From the NCBI RefSeq assembly GCF_964355755.1, contig NC_092670.1, positions 18,586,795 through 18,650,794 of the forward strand: DNA of 64,000 nt, in the 5' to 3' direction. The translations under genes were made by a program, and so were the position numbers. This DNA comes from Antedon mediterranea (Eukaryota > Animalia > Echinodermata). The notes beneath the pieces were generated by a model. It was not told the origin of the DNA. It searched no databases and worked only from the letters and a program-made list of their open reading frames with translations. Each line of letters starts with the position of its first letter. The stretch's first letter is position 1. Positions 27,201 to 37,565 of this stretch are shown here, one piece after another.

Positions 27201-29416
27201 AATACAGTTTCATTGCATAAATGATGGCAAGGATCCTGCATAGAGAAGTTTACACTTCTGTTTTCGCAGGACCCTTTTACATAAAAAACATAAAACAATA
27301 AACACAAGATAATAGATACAAAATAAAAAAAAACATTTCCTATATACATTTTAGAGTTGTTCATCATCAAAAAGCGATAGTCTTTTTCCAACATGATTAT
27401 TTATACATTTTTTCTTAAAAAAGAAGATATTCAGTTTATTACTTCCAGTACATGTGGATTCTTTCTATATATATATTATAGCAAATGCAGTTTAAAAGTT
27501 TAGTTTCACGTTCATTAGGTGTGTCTCCTGAATAGGGTGTGTCCCCTGAATAGGGTGTTTCCCCTGAATAGGGTGTGTCTCAAAAGAGGGATTTACTGTA
27601 TTAGCATAATATGTTCTACAATCTGTACCTAATAGGTTCTCGAACACCTTGTTAAACTTCTACCACACAGACAGTCTGTCAAAAAGGCTGTGCTGGATTT
27701 TGATGTTCCGTTGTGGAAGGCGTTTCAGTCTGCAATGCCCAACGTATTGATTCAAGGCTGTGCATTCCATTGGATGAAGAACATCAAGAAAAAAATGCCA
27801 AGAACAAAACTAGTAAGTATGCGTAACGTAAAGTTTCTGTCAGTGATAGAACCTCATGACTATTTTTGTATGATGGCAGTTATTTATTTTACCATGTTTC
27901 GCGAGTGGAACCCTGCCAGCGTGTGCTGATTTTATGGAGGGCCTCAACAAGACAATTAACATGACAACAAATTAGTATAAAATATGACAAATATATAGAG
28001 ATAGTGACATTGGTACTATTGTCTTCACCAAAGTACAAGAATATCATACTGATTTCTTTCTGCTTTAAAACATGTTGTTTTTAATTAATCTATGTATTTT
28101 AGGAGGCAGAAATTAGTTTATCAAGGAAAATAATGGCTTTAGTGTACTTGCCATCTGAGGAGATACCAGATGCTCTAATTAGGTAAGGAATTTAAAATCC
28201 AAATAAACACAACATCACCATTTACAGTATATAAATCCTTTCCAAAGATCAAAGTCATTTACATGGACTGATCAGAGAAGAGTCTCTAACACTAATCAGT
28301 GAATTTATTGTGAAACCAAATTACAGTATTACCGGTATTATTTCTTTATTTTTAAACGAACCTCCATGCTTCTATATGCAAGACAGTATTAATGTGGTTT
28401 TCATATTCAGGTTACAGAAAAAAAACAAAAAGTGCCAAAGCCTATTCAGTCATGTTGAAAGCAACTGGGTGAAACACACTTTTTGGAGACCACATCATTG
28501 GAGTGTTTTTGAACAAGTTGTACGAACAGAGACCGATGTTGAAGAATGGCACAGGAAAATAGAAAAGCACATAGATGGTAAGATTGCTTTGTTATCTGTG
28601 TGCATGCTCATACATATTCATGACGTATTAAAGTTGAGATAGCTACCCAGTAGGTACGCAATTACTTGCCTTTGTTGCTAGGCCTAGCATAAGAGATGGA
28701 ATACAAATGATTCATAGCTATTAATATATTGTGTAAATCTTGGCCAATGAATATAATGTAATGTAAACCCCATATCATCTTTATTGTAAGTTTTAATGCT
28801 TGTAAATTTTTATTGTAAGTTTTAATGCGTGTCATTTTAAGATTTATCCATTTAAGTATTGTGATGTATGTACGGCGCTCTGGGAAGGGGCCTTATAAAT
28901 ACCATATATTATTATTATTATTTGTTTTATAGGGAAAACGACCGGTTTGTATGAATTAGTTGGTCAATTTGACAGCATATCAAAACTTGATTTACCAGCG
29001 CATTGGAAATTAGTATCTGAAGAGAAACTCTGTAGTCTAAAAAAGGTAAGGAAACGGTACAGTGATGTGAGTGATTAGAATAATTTAATTCAGTTCTTTA
29101 TTAATATATCAAACAAATTTGATAAAATTAACGTCAAGAAGGTAAGCAAAAAAACAAGCAAATAAACAATATCAGAACTTTCATTTCAAAAACAATTATG
29201 TCTCCTAAAAAAGGCGGAGTTACAGTAACATAATTGATAACGGGCAAAATAGGGTTTCAACTCCATTCTCTAAACCTAAATATTTATTTTGGTTTTTCCC
29301 CCCAGAAACAATGGCAACATGCAAAGTTATTCAGACTGTGGAAGAAGTATTTAAAACACAGGATAAGCATTGAAGACCTCCTTGAATCCTGCACCATTCT
29401 GGACTTCCCAATCTAA
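21247..29416 (+). CDS. FLYWCH zinc finger + MULE transposase-domain protein, paralog 2 (15 coding exons)
   Basis: Approximate exon starts 21247, 21702, 22110, 22723, 23011, 23424, 24319, 25073, 25437, 25844, 27636, 28103, 28411, 28933, 29306; same intron positions as paralog 1 through the core. Motifs LLLDSRGFSFTVK..WKCSVRNKVNRCPASI..SHNH, WLVDCTNK, AVLDFDVPLWKAFQSAMPNVLIQGCAFHW, VRTETDVEEWH. A probable non-coding first exon ends near 19391 (atg|gtaagt). Confidence 0.88.
21331..21515. mobile_element. hAT-type MITE (family C)
   Basis: TIR cagtggcataa / ttatgccactg with a perfect 8-bp TSD ggaatccc. Confidence 0.9.
23668..24215. repeat. 29-bp quasi-palindromic minisatellite, about 18 copies, intronic
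   Basis: Unit acacataccagagtgtcaacactggtgtt; source of the spurious repetitive ORFs at 23408-24115. Confidence 0.95.
24460..24740 (+). repeat. 114-bp tandem duplication x3 including an exon end and splice donor
   Basis: actaaagttaacattataactgag|gtatgc at about 24460, 24574 (gc instead of gt) and 24688. Confidence 0.9.
24814..24995. mobile_element. MITE family B (TIR agc[g/t]tggttcccactag, Harbinger-like); representative copy
   Basis: Near-identical copies at 44792-44972 and 47516-47699; older relatives near 44741, 52905, 50970, 34270. Confidence 0.9.
26175..27060. repeat. 70-bp tandem repeat, about 12 copies, derived from a Tc1/mariner-like MITE end
   Basis: Unit accactattaaagggacacgttttgaacccaactaagtctccccttaatagtatttaaagttaaaataga; MITE right end gagggatttactgta near 27600. 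Confidence 0.92.
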
Positions 29417-30353
29417 TGCAACTTTTTTGGCGGAGAAAAATACTCCGTAGAATTCCGAAAGGCTGTCTTTTAATGAAGCATTGAAAGAGACGCTGTCAAA
29501 AAATATTTAAAACATTGTGTACTGATAAACTATTAATTTTCAGTTATGAATTTTAAATCTTGTTTTTAATTAATTGTAATATTTGTTATTGTACAATAAT
29601 TATGTTATTGAACACTTTATTGGACTAACGATAATTTAAACACGGTTGTTCTAAAATTAGGAATTACTGGAAAGAATTAAAACACTTTGGAATTTTATAG
29701 ACTAAATCTCTACACTATCAAAATTCAAGTGACAAAAAAGTGTGATATACCCAAATATGGTAGTGATATGACAACATCATGTCCATACATGGGCACATCA
29801 CATTTTTTTTTTCATAAAGTTTGACAGTGTAGACAGAGCTTTAAATTGCACTGATTCAGTATTAAATAATGTGTGTACAGGGTGAAACATTCTGTCATTA
29901 CAGACTGTTCCATTTTTAATTGGGGGATGTACACCCAACTACTGTAAATGTTAATGTTTGTAAATAAAAAGTGGTGTATAACATTAAATATGTTAGTTTA
30001 ATTATAATTTGATTTTTTAGTTGATTTTTACTAGGTATGTTATAGCTCAAGCAATTATTATTTTTGTATTATACTGTACAGGTATGTGTGTGTTTTAGTA
30101 ACTGTATATGGTTTAGTGATAATACATCTTATGATACAAAATAACCAGTTATTTAATTGGCAAGAACAATCCGGTCAAAGTTCATGTCCTGTGGCATCCC
30201 ACACCTTCATTCAGAGGCGCGTTCATCCATTGTGTTATTTCCGAAAAAGGATAATATTTCCACTAATGACACTATATAACCTAAATGAAAATTTATTGTC
30301 ATAAATAAATGTGTTTTCTCATAGCCTGTATCTGATGAACAGAGATTTAAAAC

Positions 30354-32089
30354 ATGACAAAACAAAGGACAAATAAAAGACCAAAATCTTATTACATCAA
30401 GTCTGCTCATAAGAAGGGCAAGTATGCCGAGCAGGAGCTGGATGCTGGAATGAAAGGATTCATAATAACCTGCAATTACAACGAGTTTAAATGCAGACAA
30501 GATGCTTATCAACTCTTAAATGAATATGCTGATGAAATGTATGGCCCAGCAGTTCAAGGCTTTGTAAAAGGTATATGTTGTTTGTTTTGTCTTATTTGAG
30601 ACAACTTTCAGGTCTTATCCATCTTCATTCACTGGAAGCTGAGATTGTTGTCTCAGCTGGAAGTGAGAATATGTTCTGTGGATTGAGTAACTAAGTAACA
30701 AAAAATACATGTAGAAACTGCTGATTGGATTATGGTTATGTGTTCAAGAAAATGGAGATTTTAAACAATTATATTATTTTGATTTATAAAATAATTTTCC
30801 CATTAGTCTTTGTACATATACTGTACTTTCCTCATTCATAACTTTATTTTTTCTTTAGAAGAAGAAAGTGATGATGATGATGAGGAAGATTTTGATTTGG
30901 CATTGAAAAAGGAAGTATCCAGCATAAAAGAGAGAAAGCAATTTAGATTCCAGGCGTTAAAAACTAGTGCAAACAATGTGTTGTTTATTAAAGCTGATGT
31001 AAGTACACATTTGCTATACATGTCAGCTGCTACTGCTATGGTCTCTTGACATGGTTGTGCTCCCCACTTTGCTTTCGTTTAAAGGGAAGACACCTTTTTT
31101 TTATAGTAAAACTGTATACCTGCTTTCACTTAGTACCAGATGATATTCACTTGAAGCAATAGTTTATAACTCGACTGCTTCATGGTTACAGGATGGAGCT
31201 ATACAATTGTATAGCTCCATGGTTAAAGAAACTGCTCTTGCATGGCTTGTCGTCTGGCTTTTGATTCATTCAGACTATTATTAAGACATTTAAGTGTTAT
31301 TTAAATGTTATTTTTATCTAGATTGAAAATCCATGCGAGCTAGCCCATTACATTCTCAGTGATCTCCAAGAAACAAAGAAGTTAAAATCACGCGCCATCC
31401 TTCGTCTTCTCCCTGTCAGCGGAACGTGTAAAACCTACGACGACAAGTTAGAGCAACTTGCAGACAAAATTGTTGCACCTCATTTTGAATTTTCATGTAA
31501 AACATATATGTATGTTATTAAAATAAGAATCAATACCACTGTGAAAAGCAAGACTATTATGGGTATCTTGGATAGGATTATTCGGAGGAATGAAGATTTG
31601 AATCATCGGGCAAACATGGATAATCCGGAATTGGTCATCCTTGTTGAAGTTATCCGTAATGTATGTTGCATGAGCGTTATCAAGGATTTCAAGAAGTTTA
31701 GGAAGTATAACTTGCATTCCATTGTTGAAGTTCTTGAAGATAAAAAGGAAGGAAAAGAAGAAAGCAAAAGAGATGGAGAAATAGAAGAAAACCAGGATAG
31801 TGCAGAAACTGAAGAAAAGAAGGATAGCGGAGAAACGGGAGAAAACAAGGATAGTGGAGAAAAAGAAAAACACAAAGATAGTGGAGCAAACAATACTTCT
31901 GGTAATGGTAAACCAGAAGAAATAAAGACTGAAAAGGCTGAACAGGATAAATGTGAAGGATTGCAAAAAGCTGGTGGAGAACAAAAAGAACCAACAACAG
32001 ATAAGAAGATGGTAGATGTCAATACTATAAAAGAGGAAGCTGTGGATGTTGATGATGAACCAAAACTAGAAACAAATGCCAGTAACTAA
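30354..32089 (+). CDS. THUMPD1: THUMP domain-containing protein 1 (tRNA acetylation adaptor)
   Basis: Exons about 30354-30570, 30859-30998, 31322-32089; GMKGFIITCN..E.KC..DAYQLLNEYADEMYG, LKKEV..IK..RFQ..NNVLFI, SRAILRLLPVSGTCK, NPELVILVEVIRNVCCMSVIKDFKKFRKYNL, acidic tail. Confidence 0.95.
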
Positions 32090-32399
32090 AGACAACTATA
32101 TCCAAATTTAGGAATAATAATTTACATATACATTTATAATTTGTCCAATACAGTATTGGTTTTCTTTATTTTGCACATCAAGACTCCCAGAACAACCCTC
32201 ACTACTAACAGATTAAATAACAGATCAAAAATGTACTTATTTCTTTTTTGCTATTGAAGGAAGAAAAACTCTTTACCATATTAAATTAGATTTAAAATGC
32301 ATTATGTAATACTAAATACTGTACTAATTTACTTGGAATTACAAGCCAATATAATATTAATTTATTGCATCTATGCTAACTAACATCTCATAATAATTC

Positions 32400-32975
32400 A
32401 TCTTACAAAAATAATGCTAAGACCTTGTACCTTGATTTTATACTGAAAAACTTTGTAGGGTATTAAATAAAATATTTTGATGCTATGATAATGCAATTTA
32501 ATCTTAACTGCATCTTTCCTATATAACATCAAAATATGAATATCCTACTGTATACAAAATATTGGTAAGTTTTAAACATTTTACCCTGATTTTATTTAAT
32601 AAATATATACTGTAATTCTAAGTAGGTCGGGTATTAAATAAATAGGACATTTTGATGTTCAATATTATGCTATTAATTTAAATTCCTGATATCTCAATAT
32701 GAATACCCTATAAAAGTATTGCCAAATTCTCAACTTTGTACCCTGATTTTATTTAATAAATATATACTGTAATCCTAAGAAAAGTAATTAAATAAATAGG
32801 ATATTTTGATGTTCAATATTATGCTATTAATTTAAATTCCTGATATATCAATATGAATACCCTATACAAATATTGCCAAATTCTCAACTTTGTACCCTGA
32901 TTTTATTTAATAAATATATACTGTAAATCTAAGAAAAGTAATTAAATAAACACGATATTTTGATGTTCTAGTAGC
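32400..32975. repeat. About 155-bp tandem repeat (3-4 copies) between the convergent THUMPD1 and MSRB1-like 3' ends
   Basis: taccctgattttatttaataaatatatactgtaa recurs near 32583, 32739, 32893; one related copy near 34606 in the other MSRB1 3' UTR. Confidence 0.85.
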
Positions 32976-32977
32976 AT

Positions 32978-33044
32978 GGCCAGATACCTCAACTCTCAAA
33001 GTCTTCCATTAAGGCTTTAACTTGAGCGTGTCATACTTTGGTCC
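32978..33044 (-). promoter_or_regulatory. SECIS-like element in the 3' UTR of the non-selenoprotein MSRB1 paralog
   Basis: Minus strand ggaccaaagt ATGAc acgctcaagtt AAA gccttaatggaa gactttgagagt tGAg gtatctggcc: AUGA/GA quartet, about 11-bp helix, unpaired AAA, lower stem. Confidence 0.85.
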
Positions 33045-33218
33045 GTCGTAATGCCACAAAAACATTAAAATATGTTCTCGAGGTTTAATGCTGTTGCATT
33101 TCTTTATTCATTTCTAGAATTAAAGAAAAAAAAACATGGCTGTGAAATAAATAATGAGAATATTTAGAGCTATTACATTTTTAGAGGTTTTAATCATGTG
33201 AGTGACAAACTGCTTACC

Positions 33219-34194
33219 TTAAGCAGGAACAAAGCTTAAAGATGACGAGAATATTTGGAAGCTTGACTTGCCATCGGGACCACCGCCGAGAATTTCATAT
33301 CCCAGATCATTACCACATTTTGCACAGGTTACCTACACAGAAAAATACAATTTGAATCTCTTGGCCAAACTTTTTGCACAAACCAGCATTTTCTGACTTT
33401 AATTGGTTTGTAAGCATGTGCAGATATTTATAATAAGTTTTATTGCTTCATCATAGTTGACATGTCTACCAATACAAAAAGTCAGTAATATACAGTATTG
33501 CTATTCAGTTTGTTGACTTTACCTTTAATTTATTCTGGCTTTCATCTCTTTTGAAAACACTATCGGCATTGATAGTCTCTGTAAAGGCAGGCCAAGCTGA
33601 AGAGTCTTTATATTTTGCTTTGCTGTCAAATAGCTCATTGTTACATTTTGAGCATTTGTAGATACCTTGCAAAGACAGAAAAAATTAAGCAGTTTAAACT
33701 ATTTCGAGCTTGGTTTAATTAATGGATTTGATTAACGTGCTGAAATCAAAATGTTATGCACCATGCCTCCCTCGATAATATTGTCATTCGTTACTAAGAG
33801 GCAGTGCAGAGTAAAACTTTATTCAAATAATCTACAACTTAAATTAATAAATAAATTGCACTTGGAATTTGCCTGCACTGCAAGGTAATTATGCAAGAAT
33901 TTCTTTCTAACAGTTCTACTATATGATTTTTGGTAATAAAAGAAAATTGCTAAAATGTGTACTAGTTTTTATTAACTAAAGGCTTTACAAAGTGGGCCCT
34001 AGGCCTAACTTAGGTAGTACTAACTAGGGGTGTAACCCTCTAGCCAGTTGCGACCTTCTAGTACTATAACTGGTATGTTGATCGGCAGTCGTTAAAGAGA
34101 AACTTTACTTTACTACCAATTAAAACTCCAAATTACCATCTTCAAAATGATCTTTGTATAATATTTCTCCACCCCATCCAGCAGCGAACGACAT
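33219..34194 (-). CDS. MSRB1 (SelR/SelX) paralog with Gln in place of selenocysteine; probably not a reductase
   Basis: Three exons: [107 protein letters not shown] and splice sites intact; CAA at 33255-33257. Confidence 0.9.
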
Positions 34195-34675
34195 TTTGAT
34201 CAATTAATTGACGGCAAACGGGCAAAACGAAAAAATGATTTTGTTGCGTTTACTTAGTTGATTTTAAGCTTGGTTTCTCAACAGGTATGTCGTTTAATGT
34301 TTCCCCTCGAACACTGTATATTATTTGACCAATTAAACCGCGATGGATCATCCGAACTGTCCTTTGTGATTGATCAACTCACTTGTGTTGTCAAGCGGTA
34401 ACTTATGTGTTGTTCGTGTGAGCGTGGACGTGACGACGATGACAAAGGATTTGCATAGGCGGCGACATCAAGGAACATGCACTGCTGTCAATAAAACGCA
34501 CTCTCTTTGAACACAATGTTTTTATTTATTTAGTCCTTGATTCATTTATTACATCTTTGCTAACGTTTCAATATAACTTATCATATAAAAATATTGCTCA
34601 ACATTGTACCTTGATTTTATTTAATATATACTGAGTAGATTAAATAAATAGGATATTTTGATGTTCTAGTAGCAT

Positions 34676-34743
34676 GGCCAGATACTTCAACTCTCCAAGT
34701 CGTCCATTTAAGGCTTTAACTTGAGCGTGTCATACTTTGGTCC
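34676..34743 (-). promoter_or_regulatory. SECIS element of the MSRB1 selenoprotein
   Basis: Minus strand ggaccaaagt ATGAc acgctcaagtt AAA gccttaaatggac gacttggagagt tGAa gtatctggcc. Confidence 0.9.
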
Positions 34744-35621
34744 GTAATGCTACAAAAATATTAAAATATGCTCTTCCCTGGAGGTTTGATGTAATAATGC
34801 AAACTTAAGTGCTTAGTTTCATAGTTAACTCATGAAATATACTGTGTTTAATAAATATTTGATAATAGTACTGTACTACTATCAATTGCATTTAATGTTA
34901 AAAATGTATTGTCTTCCAAAAACATTAAGATTAATCAAATTAGTATGCCATTTTGCAGTTTTAATAAAGTTAATCTCCTCTGTAGGAAAAAAACGAAAAA
35001 AAAAATGTTTTCACTTAGAAAAAGACAAAATAATTGGTTAAATGCAACTAAATACCCATTGACTGGCAGCCAATTTTACTATTTTTTTGTTTCAATTTTG
35101 TTTATTCAATGTTTAGTCAAAGTGAATAACTAATATGTGACATTAAAATGGCATATTCAACAACAACAAAAATGTTTACAAGGGACAAACAATATACCTT
35201 TAATTAGTTAAATTGATAAAGAAATGTTTTGTACTATCTGCGTTAAGGTAACTAGTTTTCTCCAGGGGAATGCGTACATTGTTAGTTGAATGGTTTCTAC
35301 TGCTGCACCTCTCCATTCTTTTCTAGAAAGTAAAGAAAAAACATGGTTATTATATAATAATAATACATTTTATTTTAACAATTTACAATATAAAAAAATA
35401 AAAGCACATACAAAAATCATCATAAAACATCAAAGCATCACTAAAAAGAAAAGCCAATAAAAAACAAATAAAGCCCTGAGAAGAGCCACACTGTTAAAGT
35501 GTAGCTTCCAATCTTTGTTACTATATTGATAGCATGAGTATATTATAATTATTATACATATATAATGACATGAGTATATTTTGACAACAATTTTTAGAGG
35601 TTAGATGAAAAAGTACTCACC

Positions 35622-36648
35622 TTAAGTCTTCAAAGCAACAAACTTCAAAGACTCTGAGAATATTCAAAAGCGCGATTTGCCATCAGGACCGTCGGTAAGA
35701 AATTCATGCCCCAAACCATTACCACATTTTCCACAGGATACCTACACAAAACAAAATCTCTTGGTCAAAATTTTGTGAAGCGATAGGAAGGTGTCACAAC
35801 ATTGATCGGTTTGCAGAGAATCGAAAATTGGAAAATATAATTGCAGGAGCAATGACTTATCTCTGAAATAGCGCTATACAAAGAATTTATTCATAAAAAA
35901 AGTTTATATATACTTCCTTGTTGACTTACTTTTAAGGCATTCTTGCTTTCTTCTCTTTTGGAGACACTGTCAGCGTGAATGGTATCTGTAAATGCAGGCC
36001 AAGGTGACGAGTGTTTGTATTTCTTCTTGCTGTCAAATAGTTCATAGCCACATTTTGAGCATGTGTACATACCTTGGAAAAAAAACATTAAAATAATACC
36101 TTTTTTGCGTTTACTATATTACGGACACAACAAAACGCAAGAGATTTCAAACACTACTTGGATCTGGTTTGTTAAAAAACAATTTGACTACTACTACTAG
36201 GCCTAGGTCTACTTCTACTGACAGGGAAAAATTTCATTTTAAAATCAAATTGATTTTTGAGTTGAGAAACATAGTTTTGAATTGTATTTTTTGCTAGACA
36301 ATTTTAGAAATGTGTACAGTACAGTGTAGCAATAAGGTTTTTTTGTATAGCTTTTTGCTATGCTACACTGGCGAAATTATTCCCTGATTGACTAAACTAG
36401 CTAAAAGCTAGGAACAACAACTAGGCCTACTTCCGCCTAAATATGGAGAGACAGGGCCTGTTGGTTCTACTCTCTCTGATCTAGCCCTAGCCTATCCAGG
36501 GAGAGAGGCCGAATGCCCTACTCTCTCTCTATAATTTAAGTCTAGCTAGCTAGGCCTAACCCTAAAAAACAGTAAATTTTGGGTCGAAATTACCATCTTT
36601 AAAATGGTCTTTGTACTTTTCCCCAGAAAACCACCCACAGTACGACAT
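35622..36648 (-). CDS. MSRB1: Methionine-R-sulfoxide reductase B1, selenoprotein (in-frame TGA = Sec at 35664-35666)
   Basis: [105 protein letters not shown]; matches the MsrB1 motif SRFUIFS, two CxxC zinc motifs and the N-terminal resolving Cys; SECIS downstream. Confidence 0.96.
36222..36386. mobile_element. CAGGG...CCCTG MITE, second copy (inverted relative to 4150-4324), in MSRB1 intron 1
   Basis: tgctatgctacactggcgaaattattccctg is the reverse complement of the start of the 4150 copy; flanks actga / attga. Confidence 0.85.
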
Positions 36649-36649
36649 C

Positions 36650-37020
36650 TTGACCAATTACTCGATAGCAAAGAAAATGATGACAACGCGAAATTGTTTT
36701 TATTGTGGTTCCGGATTCAGATTAATTAGCTCAACGCCGATGATCATGATTGATTTGTTTTGTTTTTTTGAGAGCCAACTAGCGCCCTCTACAACAAATA
36801 AAGAAGAGTTAAATTTAGCTTTGGTTATGCCGCGCCGTCGTGTTGTGTGTGTGTCTCTCTCGCGCGGCGGCGATTATCGCGTTTTTTATTTTGTAAATAG
36901 AGGGCGATAGATAAAATCTCGAATTTTCCCCGTGGATCCCATGTCTACCTTTTCTCTCTCTCGCGACCAAATATTTTTTTGAAAAAGTGATTTTGAATGA
37001 TGTTGCAATAATCGGATAGT
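36650..37020. promoter_or_regulatory. Probable bidirectional promoter of MSRB1 and UBFD1
   Basis: CpG-enriched stretch between head-to-head genes; tctcgcg motifs near 36858 and 36959; tagcgccctcta at 36780. Confidence 0.6.
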
Positions 37021-37565
37021 AGGTTGTTTTTCATCTTAATTCATAGAAGATTAAACCAAACTAGGCCTATCTTTATGAAAATAAAAATATGACTTTATTT
37101 TATTAATATTAGTATGCTTTCTCTTCTAGTAGTAGGAGGAGGGCCTAGCCTAGGCTATAATAATACTTGGTATTGTAGGCTCAGTATTATAGGTCTGGCG
37201 GAGCCAGACCTACTTCTACTACTACCGTGTTAGGCCTAACACCTATTTATTAGGCCTAGCCCATCCGACAAACGATGACCATACACAGACTGGTGTGTGT
37301 TTTCGAATCGAAAAGTGCTACACGATCGTACATCATGAACAAATCAATCGTAGCATATTTGGAAGGAAGTGAATAAATAATTATAATATTAATAATGAAC
37401 AGAAACAAAAAAAAAACACGAAAAAATACACAATGAAAAATATGTATACTATATTAGTATTTGTATAAATTATTAATTAAGCCTATGCTATAGAAAAGAA
37501 ATATGTTTATGAATATGATTTTTTTTAAACAATTTTACTCTACTTAGAAAAACTACATAAAAACA

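Noticed and set aside
11950-29950. The two transposase genes as one large intact mobile element
   Set aside because: No terminal inverted repeats or target duplication found at the flanks; many introns and promoter-like regions favour host genes.
31493-32022. Hydrophobic or Ser-rich minus-strand ORFs
   Set aside because: Antisense shadows of the purine-rich acidic tail of THUMPD1.
35664-35666. MSRB1 as a pseudogene with a premature stop
   Set aside because: The TGA aligns with the known Sec position, conservation continues after it, and a SECIS is present.
36611-36910. 99-aa plus-strand ORF
   Set aside because: Overlaps the MSRB1 first exon antisense and the shared promoter; no recognisable protein features.
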